64,000 bases of DNA from an uncultured Gammaproteobacteria bacterium. GTDB lineage: Bacteria > Patescibacteriota > Patescibacteriia > Magasanikbacterales > GWA2-37-8. Shown here one piece after another: positions 56,413 through 64,000 of the stretch (position 1 is the stretch's first letter; every line of letters begins with the position of its first letter). The stretch is from contig CAZETA010000002.1 of NCBI GenBank assembly GCA_964514995.1, positions 10,530 to 74,529 on the forward strand. Direction: 5' to 3'. A program made the position numbers and the translations under genes. The notes beneath the pieces were generated by a model. That model was not told the DNA's origin, did not search any database, and was given only the letters and a program-made list of their open reading frames with translations.

Positions 56413-57327
56413 TCAGTTTAGTTTTTTGATAGCGCCAGTGTCGCCATTTATTTCTACCACATCTCCGTCTTGCAATTTGAGTGTGGCGTTACGGGCGCCA
56501 ATAATTGTTGGTATTGTATACTCCCGGGCAATGATAGAAGCGTGCCCGAGCAATCCGCCTTCGTCAGTGATAATGCCTTTCGCAGTAGATAGTTTAGAAA
56601 ATTGATAAGGGAGCGCCGCTTTTAGCACGGCGATTTTATCTGTAAAATCAGCTTGGTCGTCCCATAGCTTCACTTCGCCAGACACAGTGCCAGCATAGGC
56701 GACATTGCCTTTCAAAAATATATCATTACTGCTTTCTTTGTCTGGTTTATCAAAAAAAGCTATAGCTCGATCAACGATAGGCAGCACCTCCAGACAAGTG
56801 GCAACGGCCTTTTCGTCGCCGAGCTCTTGAGCAAACTGTTGAGTTTCGGTGACAAACTTTTTCCATCTGATAAATTTATTTTTATCGAAGACAGCTAAAC
56901 CGCCGTGATGGCCTTGTTCGTAAAACTCGATGATTAATTTGCGATGATAAATACCGGCCCAGGGACTTAGGATTCGTATATCCGTGTCCTCCGGATGGGG
57001 TTGGGTATGAGTGAATCTATCTTCGGCTAAAATGCCGACATGCGGCAGTGGATGAAAGTCAGGAGTAATATCATGTTTTGCTATATATTCTTTTAGCGCC
57101 GCCTCTTCCTCGCTGTCCTTGGGAGGAAAAAGTGATACCTCCTCTTCTGGTTTAACCCAAGGCCAGACTGTGCGACAGACGAGGATATCCATTTGTTTGT
57201 CCCGGAAGGTGACTGGATAGCTGGAGATGACCATAGCAGCTTCGCCAGTCACATACCAATCGCTGGGATTTATGTTCCAGGTGAGTAATAATTTTTTTAA
57301 ATCAGTCAGTGCAGCAGTAGGGATCAT
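56413..57327 (-). CDS. Unknown N-terminal domain fused to a PEP-utiliser mobile (phospho-His) domain
   Basis: C-terminal TDEGGLLGHASIIAREY.IP.I.G...AT..L.DGD.V...G..G. Confidence 0.85.
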   Translation of the reverse strand: MIPTAALTDLKKLLLTWNINPSDWYVTGEAAMVISSYPVTFRDKQMDILVCRTVWPWVKPEEEVSLFPPKDSEEEAALKEYIAKHDITPDFHPLPHVGILAEDRFTHTQPHPEDTDIRILSPWAGIYHRKLIIEFYEQGHHGGLAVFDKNKFIRWKKFVTETQQFAQELGDEKAVATCLEVLPIVDRAIAFFDKPDKESSNDIFLKGNVAYAGTVSGEVKLWDDQADFTDKIAVLKAALPYQFSKLSTAKGIITDEGGLLGHASIIAREYTIPTIIGARNATLKLQDGDVVEINGDTGAIKKLN

Positions 57328-57429
57328 AGATTTTTGTATAGTTTACTAATTTATAGTATATCAGTGATATTTTTTTTGCCAATATACAAAAACCCGCTCA
57401 AATTCTTGGGCGGGTTCGTTGGGCTTTAA

Positions 57430-57552
57430 TTATTTTCTTTTCTTGCTAGCCTTTTTTGCTAGCATTTCTCGCTTGGCCGCTAATCTCTTCTTGGTTTTTG
57501 GAGAGTGCCTTGATTTTGATAATTTTTTTAGTCCGGTTGGTCTTTTAGCCAT
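57430..57552 (-). CDS. 40-aa highly basic microprotein (not in the ORF track)
   Basis: MAKRPTGLKKLSKSRHSPKTKKRLAAKREMLAKKASKKRK; TTGAAA-N17-TATACT upstream and a terminator at about 57388-57416. Confidence 0.7.
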   Translation of the reverse strand: MAKRPTGLKKLSKSRHSPKTKKRLAAKREMLAKKASKKRK

Positions 57553-57620
57553 AGGAATGTAATTAGAAATTTGAATAATGAATATAGTATACCAGAAAAA
57601 TGAGAAAATTTCAAGAGCAA

Positions 57621-58202
57621 TTATTTTATTCCCATGAGTTTTTTTAGTGCTTTCATTTTTTTCGGATCAAGTTTTGCTTCAAGTAGAGTGGTTTTTAGAT
57701 AATTATCTTCTTTTCGTTTTAGAATAATATCCACAAATTTATCAAACGTAACACTGATTAGTTTTATTTTTTCTCCGCTATCTAGTTTTTGTTCAGATAC
57801 CTGTTTGCAATCTTTGGCAATGAAATAAAATACGGCCCAGTCAACTTTAAGTACTGGTTGAAAGGATTTTAGCAATGTCCATTTATTAGAGGTATAACCT
57901 GTTTCTTCAAGCAATTCTCTTTTTGCCCCTGCGAGAGGTGTTTCTCTATCTTCAATCCTTCCAGTCAGTAGTCCAATCTCTGCTTTTATGCCAGGCTGGA
58001 CTTCGTTGGCGATAATAATTTTATCGTCTGTGGTGACGGGAATGATAACCGCAGAGTCATCACGTTTTATTTTTTCAAAAGATGCAGTGCTGCCATCATA
58101 CATCTTTTGCGGCCATTGATAGACATCAAAAATTTCGCCTTGGAAAACACGTTTGGCGTGGGAGGGGATTGGTTGTTTTGATTTTGGTCGGATGATTTTC
58201 AT
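57621..58202 (-). CDS. NUDIX hydrolase (ADP-ribose pyrophosphatase-like)
   Basis: Nudix box G.IE..E.P..GA.RELLEETGY. Confidence 0.9.
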   Translation of the reverse strand: MKIIRPKSKQPIPSHAKRVFQGEIFDVYQWPQKMYDGSTASFEKIKRDDSAVIIPVTTDDKIIIANEVQPGIKAEIGLLTGRIEDRETPLAGAKRELLEETGYTSNKWTLLKSFQPVLKVDWAVFYFIAKDCKQVSEQKLDSGEKIKLISVTFDKFVDIILKRKEDNYLKTTLLEAKLDPKKMKALKKLMGIK

Positions 58203-58744
58203 AGCTGATTTTGTTTTTTAGTAGCTAACCACTGATGAATAAGTTCTTGGTGATGTGGTTTGCAGAGACAGCACCATACATCAGGATGTTCCGCTTGCTC
58301 TCGCCAATGATCTTCCATATTCATCCAGCGCACTTCTGAAACCTCGCCATCAGTTTTTGTTAAATCGATAGTTGGCTCGTTAAATAAAATTACATATCGT
58401 TCGACAAAAACTTTTTCTTCGGGTTTTGTTATGGCCTCTATTAAGAAAAGATCTTCTTCTGAAATGTTAATGCCCGCTTCTTCTCGCAGTTCGTTTACGG
58501 CCGTTTGTTTGAAGGTTTCATGTTCTTTGACATGTCCACCAAACCAGCTTGCCCATTTGCCTGGGTTTGCAGTGAGGTGGGGAGCTCGTTTGGAGCAGAG
58601 AATCTGCCCGGCATTGTTTACTAGCCAGACGCAAGCAATACCGTACCAGTATTTATTTGGTTTAGCTTTGACTTCTGACTTAGGTCGACCCTCAGTCGGA
58701 TTTTTGTTTTCATCAAAACACTGTAGGATTTCTTCTTGGGTCAT
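58199..58744 (-). CDS. NUDIX hydrolase (Idi-like)
   Basis: PGKW, GGHV...E.....A..EL.EE.GI and EV..V.W motifs. Confidence 0.85.
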   Translation of the reverse strand: MTQEEILQCFDENKNPTEGRPKSEVKAKPNKYWYGIACVWLVNNAGQILCSKRAPHLTANPGKWASWFGGHVKEHETFKQTAVNELREEAGINISEEDLFLIEAITKPEEKVFVERYVILFNEPTIDLTKTDGEVSEVRWMNMEDHWREQAEHPDVWCCLCKPHHQELIHQWLATKKQNQL

Positions 58745-58754
58745 AGTTTTTGTA

Positions 58755-59372
58755 TTATAGTTCTATGCCAAAAGTCTGTAAATCCTGCCTTAATTGTTCG
58801 TTATTTTTGAATAATATCGGATGGTAGCCAATCTCCTCTGCTTTTTCCAGACTTTTTTGTGCGTCGTCTATAAAAATGGTTTCTTGGGGCAAAACCTTTA
58901 GCCGAGTAAATAGTATTTCAAATATTTCTTTATGGGGTTTTTGACAGCCAACTTCGGCGGAGACGATGGCCGTGTCTACCATACCAGAGATTTTGTATTC
59001 ATCCCATTCTTTTTTGACAGCCATTGTAGCGTTGCTTATGATACCAATTTTAAACCCTTGTTTTTTTAAGATGCGAAACCAAGACAGTAGCTCTGTGTTC
59101 AGTCTTTTATCCAATTGGCGTTGTCGAATGAGAATTCGCGCTTCGTCTTCTTTGGTTCGGTTTTGTTTAAAGCTGAGGGCTGTTTGTATGGCCACTTCTT
59201 CGAAACTTTTATTCTCCACGTTGATGAGGTAATTTAGGCTAAAATATTTCTTGCGAAAATCTTCTGTGGGTATATGAAACAATTCGGCCAGCAGACTAAA
59301 AATGTCTCCCGGCGGGTAGAGAGATATCACTCCATAATAATCAAAACAAACAGCTTTAATACCAGAAGGCAT
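58755..59372 (-). CDS. HAD-family phosphatase
   Basis: FDYYGV, ISN, KP...IF and FIDD motifs. Confidence 0.9.
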   Translation of the reverse strand: MPSGIKAVCFDYYGVISLYPPGDIFSLLAELFHIPTEDFRKKYFSLNYLINVENKSFEEVAIQTALSFKQNRTKEDEARILIRQRQLDKRLNTELLSWFRILKKQGFKIGIISNATMAVKKEWDEYKISGMVDTAIVSAEVGCQKPHKEIFEILFTRLKVLPQETIFIDDAQKSLEKAEEIGYHPILFKNNEQLRQDLQTFGIEL

Positions 59373-59377
59373 ATTTT

Positions 59378-60565
59378 TTAGAACGCCGATTCCTGTTTTA
59401 TATTAGGGCGCAAAACCTTAAAAGATAAGAGGAAACAAACAAAAATGAGTATGCATGCCAGCAAAAACGGATAACGGATTGATAGTAGCGTAGCCACGCC
59501 ACCACCCGCGATCGGTCCGATGATCATACCGATGCTTTGGTAAGAACTGCTGATACCCATCATACTGCCTTGTGATTTGGCGTCAGTTTCTTGGGAGAGA
59601 ATGGTCGGGATTAGTGTCTGCGCAATCCCGTTAAATAGAGCTAAAATTATGACTCCGAGAACGAATACGGCAACTGAATGAGAGATGGCGATGATCAAAA
59701 ACGAAAGAGCGGTAAAGAGTATGCTGGTACTAAAAGCTTTCTTAATGCCGAGTTTGTTGGAGAATCTGCCCACAATCAGATTCTGAGTGATTAGTCCTAT
59801 GATACCAAATAGTGTGAAGAGGTATGAGTTGGCGGTATCAGACAGATGCAGTACATTCATAGTAAACGGCTGGAAACCGTAGATAAGAGCCGCCGCAAAT
59901 GAAAAGAAGAACAGCAGTGAAATCAGAAATGTCATACCGACGGCTGGGTCAAATAGCGCGTGCCAGAGTTTTGGTAGATCAAACAGCTTGCCTTCTTTGA
60001 CTTCGCCCATGTGGGCGTTAGTTTCCGGTAGATAGAAGAATGTAAGTACAGCAGCCAGAACGGTCACTATGCCGGCAATAATAAACGGTAGGGCCGTGGA
60101 TATGGAAACAGTAAAGGCGGCGATTGCGGGGCCAAAAATAAAGCCAAAATTAAAAGCTGAACTAATGGTGCCAAATGCCTTGGCCCGCTCCTCAGGTTTG
60201 GTTGAGTCAGAAATTACGGCAAAGGCAACGGGGATGTTACCTGCAGTGAGGCCATCAAGCGCCCGCGCAAGGAATAAGACTATCGAGTTGGGAGCAAAAG
60301 CCATGAGGAAAAATGATGCGGCCGTACCCAAAATAGAAATAATAAGCATCGGTCTACGGCCGTATTTGTCTGACATACGTCCGATGATGGGGGTGGAAAT
60401 AAACTGGAATACCGAATAGACAGCAAACAGCATTCCGTTTTCAAAATCAGATAAACCAAATTTTTTGGAGTATCCGTACATAAGCGGAATGATGATGCCG
60501 TAACCAAGCATGTTGACGAGCGCAATAAGCGCAATAATAAGAATGTTTTTGTTTTTAATTATCAT
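59378..60565 (-). CDS. MFS transporter (TetA/DHA1-like)
   Basis: About 12 TM helices, GRMSDKYGRRP and R.L.G motifs. Confidence 0.92.
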   Translation of the reverse strand: MIIKNKNILIIALIALVNMLGYGIIIPLMYGYSKKFGLSDFENGMLFAVYSVFQFISTPIIGRMSDKYGRRPMLIISILGTAASFFLMAFAPNSIVLFLARALDGLTAGNIPVAFAVISDSTKPEERAKAFGTISSAFNFGFIFGPAIAAFTVSISTALPFIIAGIVTVLAAVLTFFYLPETNAHMGEVKEGKLFDLPKLWHALFDPAVGMTFLISLLFFFSFAAALIYGFQPFTMNVLHLSDTANSYLFTLFGIIGLITQNLIVGRFSNKLGIKKAFSTSILFTALSFLIIAISHSVAVFVLGVIILALFNGIAQTLIPTILSQETDAKSQGSMMGISSSYQSIGMIIGPIAGGGVATLLSIRYPFLLACILIFVCFLLSFKVLRPNIKQESAF

Positions 60566-60642
60566 ATACAGGTAAACTAAAAATGAACTATGTGTGCGCA
60601 AGTATAGCAGATAGTTCAGGTTTTATCTAGAGGGGAGCCCGG

Positions 60643-60882
60643 TTATTTTTTTACGACCACAATCGTGCATTTGGTTACGACCGCCGTAATAGCGCCGACG
60701 GCAGCCAAAACGGGTACGAGGATAACTCCGACTGCGCCCCAGGTAAGGGGGATTTCCATAATTACTTCACCGGTTTCTTTTTTGATGATAATTTTTCTGG
60801 CATTGCCGGCTTCAATAATTTGTTTTACTTTTTCTTTTATTTCCTTGCTGGAAATTTTGAACTCTTCTTGTTCTTCGGGCAT
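60643..60882 (-). CDS. DUF4342 family protein
   Basis: GN.R.I.IK, EIPL and C.I.V pattern. Confidence 0.8.
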   Translation of the reverse strand: MPEEQEEFKISSKEIKEKVKQIIEAGNARKIIIKKETGEVIMEIPLTWGAVGVILVPVLAAVGAITAVVTKCTIVVVKK

Positions 60883-60908
60883 ATAGTATTAAAGATTGGT
60901 AGCTTAAA

Positions 60909-61289
60909 TTAGTCGCTAACCACGACCGAAAATCCCCCATACGCCATGCGTTGCATATCGAATGGCATTTCTTTGTTCTTTTGCTGGTCAGGGTGCATGG
61001 CCGGATCTTTCATCACTTTAGCATTTACTTGATCGCGATGTTTTTTATTTTTGAATTCTATATAGGAAAACCAAACTGTCTCGGTTGGTTTGGCCTTGGC
61101 CATGATAGGGAAGGTAAATGTAATATAGGGCGGTTTGGCGTCGTTAATTTTACATTCTTTGTATCCAAGCGCGCCATATTTGAGCCAAATTTTCGCGCCC
61201 TCTCTGGCCATGTTGCGGTACGCAGCCTCTTTCTTTTTAGGAATCACGAGAACAAATCCGTCCACATAGCCGACGTTGCTTTTTGACAT
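60909..61289 (-). CDS. DUF1428 family protein
   Basis: YVDGFV, ETV.FS and MPFD..RM.YGGF motifs. Confidence 0.9.
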   Translation of the reverse strand: MSKSNVGYVDGFVLVIPKKKEAAYRNMAREGAKIWLKYGALGYKECKINDAKPPYITFTFPIMAKAKPTETVWFSYIEFKNKKHRDQVNAKVMKDPAMHPDQQKNKEMPFDMQRMAYGGFSVVVSD

Positions 61290-61308
61290 ATAGTTTAAAA
61301 TTAATGAG

Positions 61309-61623
61309 TTAATGCTTTATTTTTTTAGACTTTCTCTCTAATATCCATTTCTGTGAAGAATTCATGGGTTTGTCCTTGCGATGAGTGCAGCCCATCCAAC
61401 AACAGGGGCGACGTATGCCGTCTTTCAATTCCGACACCACTCGCGCCACATGGTCTTTTCTCGTTTCTGCCTGCTTTACTGAGATAGTCCAACAGATCCA
61501 TTCGTTGCGCGCGAGCGGGGTAATGCCCTCCCATTTTTTTAGGGCCATTTTGTCAGTAGCCAGCGCTTTGCGCAAATCTGTCGGCAGTTGGTGAGGGAGA
61601 TTGAGAGGTTCTTTTTTAGACAT
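61309..61623 (-). CDS. YdeI/OmpD-associated family protein
   Basis: P.DL..AL, TP.AR.EWI.W and K..ETR motifs; RRPCCW.GC tail. Confidence 0.85.
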   Translation of the reverse strand: MSKKEPLNLPHQLPTDLRKALATDKMALKKWEGITPLARNEWICWTISVKQAETRKDHVARVVSELKDGIRRPCCWMGCTHRKDKPMNSSQKWILERKSKKIKH

Positions 61624-61794
61624 AGCTATTTCTGCGAAAAAGTATCTCAGGTTAGATGCAAAAAAATATTTATGATACCACTGTATCATAGAGTTTGCAT
61701 TCCGCCCAGCGCTTAGTTTTTTGGCACAGCCGTATCTTACGGCAAGATGCCATATTTTCTGTGGATAAAATATTTTGACATAAAATTTTTATAC

Positions 61795-61811
61795 TACTAC
61801 AATGTGTAGTA
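61795..61811. promoter_or_regulatory. Palindromic operator TACTAC-N5-GTAGTA overlapping the -10 of TTGACA-N17-TACAAT (61775-61803)
   Basis: CTACTACA-ATG-TGTAGTAG perfect inverted repeat. Confidence 0.7.
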
Positions 61812-61912
61812 GATATTGAAATCATGTGTTCACCTAACCATACCGCCTATGTAATATATACTCAGTTTAATTTTATTATGCAATACATTTAAAATACTAG
61901 AATATTTATAGT

Positions 61913-62731
61913 ATGTTCGAAAATATTTCAGGTAAACAGGGGTTTGTCTTTGGCCTCCTTTCCGGAGCGGGGCTGCTAGCCGTTATTGGTTCGGCTATCA
62001 TGGGTTCGCTGGTGTTAACCAGAGAGAAAAGCGCCTTGGTCAGTACTCAGCCCGTCCAGGTAGCCGCCAATCAACAGGCCGCAAATCAGCCGGCTGCGCT
62101 GCCAACCAATATTCCGAAAACCAATAAGCCAAAGGCCGAGCTCTTTGTCATGTCTTATTGTCCGTACGGTATGGATATGGAACAAAACGCCTTTATTCCA
62201 GCGTACAATTTGCTCAAAGATAAGGCAGATATTAGCGTGAAGTTTGTCTCCTATGCTATGCATGGCAAACAAGAAGTAGAAGAAAACACCCGTCAATTTT
62301 GTGCTCAACAACAAGATGCCGATAAGTATTTCAAATATTTAAATTGCTTCAATGCTACCAACAACAGCGCCAATTGTTTGCAACAAGCCGGACTGGATGA
62401 GAAGAAGCTAAACCGTTGTATCGATGATACAAATAAAAAATACGGTATTTTGGATAAGTATAACGACCAGAGCACATGGCTTAGCGGCAGATATCCGCTC
62501 TATCCTATACATGAAGAATTAAATAATACATACGGCGTACAAGGATCGCCAACGCTGGTTATTAACGGCGCTCAAGTGAATGCTGATCGTACGCCGGCTG
62601 GAGTCGCAGCAGCTATTTGCGCTGCCTTTAACAAGGCGCCTGCCGAATGCGATCAATTCTTGGCGCAGGCGGCAACGGTACAACCGGCAGTGGCGACAAA
62701 TCAAAATACGGGCGGAGCGTGCGGGGGATAA
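61913..62731 (+). CDS. Membrane-anchored thioredoxin-fold (DsbA/GILT-like) protein
   Basis: FVMSYCPYG, HG..E, GVQGSPTLVING and multiple Cys. Confidence 0.8.
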   Translation: MFENISGKQGFVFGLLSGAGLLAVIGSAIMGSLVLTREKSALVSTQPVQVAANQQAANQPAALPTNIPKTNKPKAELFVMSYCPYGMDMEQNAFIPAYNLLKDKADISVKFVSYAMHGKQEVEENTRQFCAQQQDADKYFKYLNCFNATNNSANCLQQAGLDEKKLNRCIDDTNKKYGILDKYNDQSTWLSGRYPLYPIHEELNNTYGVQGSPTLVINGAQVNADRTPAGVAAAICAAFNKAPAECDQFLAQAATVQPAVATNQNTGGACGG

Positions 62732-62750
62732 AAATTAGTGCGGGCAATAG

Positions 62751-62788
62751 CCGACCGTCATGCTTTTCGGCTGGCGGTCGGTTTTTTT
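62751..62788 (+). terminator. Intrinsic terminator
   Basis: CCGACCGTCA...TGGCGGTCGG-TTTTTTT. Confidence 0.75.
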
Positions 62789-62789
62789 G

Positions 62790-63998
62790 TTATATAATTA
62801 TTTTTTGATCTGCGAAAATTTTTTGTTCAAGTCGACCAAAATCGTATTCTCGTGGGAAATTTTTTTCAAAAAGCCGCATCGCCGGTTCGTCTGTATATTC
62901 GTTTCGTCGCGCAGCCAAATGCATAGCTAAAATCATTTCTTCAGGTTCCCCGACACAATCAAGCGGTTTGAATCCCTTGATGCCAAGCAATCGTCTGAAG
63001 ATTGGCAGGAGCCGCCTTCTATTATAGAGATCAGCGCCAAAGATATTAACCAATTCTTTTTTTGGCAGAAACGCCGAAAAACAAGCAAAGAGAAAAACGC
63101 ATTTGGGGCATCGGTTACACCAGTAATTTGTACGCGACAGACGCTGGACTAAGCGCGGCTCCCAAAAATATGTATTGCAACTGGTAACATCATAGAAGTA
63201 TTGGGGGTAGGCTGCAAAACGCTGTACGATTTCAAGCTCGCTATACTGCCGTAACAACGAATGTGTGGAGATGCTCGGAGTTATACATGATCGAATATAA
63301 TCGTTGATGAGTTTTTCTGCCTCAGAGGATTTACACCACTGATGATTGACTGGCAGATCGAGGTAAGTGAGATTGCCAAAATCAGCGCTGCGTTCGTTGG
63401 AAAAAACGATTGCATCGTAGCCCAGCACTTCAGCAAGCAAAACCGAAATAAAAGTGAACATCGAGACCGATGGATACGCGCCGGACAAAAACATCCACGG
63501 GTCACGCCGACGAATCACGCGCACACTTTTTGCGCCCACAAGCTTGGCTATGCGTTCGTGAGCGGGCGTAGGAGCGAACGCGAAAAAATCAAAGTCTGTC
63601 TTTGACGTTTTTAACATTTCTGCCGACAGAATAGAATCTTTACCCGCGCCGTTTAGGAGTAGTGACCGTGCGGGCAGTGTGAGTTGTGTGGGCGGCGGTA
63701 GTGTAATGGTATCGTCGTATGGAAAGGCGATGAGATCGTGAAAGTCGATTTTGTTAGCATAAAAAAATTCTGCCAAGCCGTTGAGGTAGAGGGTGTCCCA
63801 AAATTTAGCCTGCTCACGAGTAAGTGAGAATCCTTTGATATTGATATTACGTGTCCGAAAAACAGACCAGTAGTTGATGCCGAGGATAAGAAGCAGCGCT
63901 TGTAGGGTTGGCTCTAAGACGGATTTGGGAACCGCATCCCATAATTCCGGCGGTACATCGGGGAAGTATAGTTGGTCGGTAAAAATTTTAGTGACGCC
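62790..63998 (-). CDS. MurL-like UDP-MurNAc-L-Ala-L-Glu epimerase, 5'-partial
   Basis: GAGKDS, SNERSA, VNHQW.KS, SCN, WC..CPKC and KP..CVG motifs; frame stays open to the window edge. Confidence 0.8.
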   Translation of the reverse strand, partial: GVTKIFTDQLYFPDVPPELWDAVPKSVLEPTLQALLLILGINYWSVFRTRNINIKGFSLTREQAKFWDTLYLNGLAEFFYANKIDFHDLIAFPYDDTITLPPPTQLTLPARSLLLNGAGKDSILSAEMLKTSKTDFDFFAFAPTPAHERIAKLVGAKSVRVIRRRDPWMFLSGAYPSVSMFTFISVLLAEVLGYDAIVFSNERSADFGNLTYLDLPVNHQWCKSSEAEKLINDYIRSCITPSISTHSLLRQYSELEIVQRFAAYPQYFYDVTSCNTYFWEPRLVQRLSRTNYWCNRCPKCVFLFACFSAFLPKKELVNIFGADLYNRRRLLPIFRRLLGIKGFKPLDCVGEPEEMILAMHLAARRNEYTDEPAMRLFEKNFPREYDFGRLEQKIFADQKIII

Positions 63999-64000
63999 AA

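Noticed and set aside
1-64000. CRISPR array, rRNA, IS transposase, reverse transcriptase, phage structural genes
   Set aside because: No regularly spaced direct repeats and no diagnostic motifs seen

Overview
AT-rich bacterial chromosome segment that looks like Patescibacteria/CPR, possibly ABY1/Magasanikbacteria-like. This is an inference from SD-less AT-rich start regions, tRNAs without encoded CCA, the gene set and the orphan ORFs. Housekeeping genes: malic enzyme, DsbA-VKOR, recA, ftsK, rpoBC, yebC, ruvC, ruvA, trxB, rpe, rpiB, ileS, gatB, a dTTP cluster (pyk-like, dCMP deaminase, kinase, dut, thyA, folA, tmk), rplA, msrA, a MurL-like gene and tRNA-Ala/Phe/Pro. An ~8.7 kb integrative element (6167-14854) sits at the 3' end of tRNA-Pro. 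It carries a large serine recombinase whose last 12 codons lie at the other end of the element, a frameshifted Prim-Pol/AAA replicase, an HTH-helicase + zinc-finger pair and a structured RNA. Signals not explained by the gene list: (i) three stand-alone GC-rich, SD-led orphan cassettes that share a promoter / ORF / long hairpin / terminator layout; (ii) a TACTAC-N5-GTAGTA palindrome at four redox-gene promoters; (iii) a leader-peptide attenuator before a YhhQ/VUT transporter operon; (iv) a 6S-like rod RNA; (v) a 40-aa basic microprotein missed by the ORF track; (vi) REP-like palindromes, one inserted in frame in IleRS; (vii) a pyruvate kinase with a degenerate active site. All calls come from reading the sequence by eye; no searches or folding programs were run.
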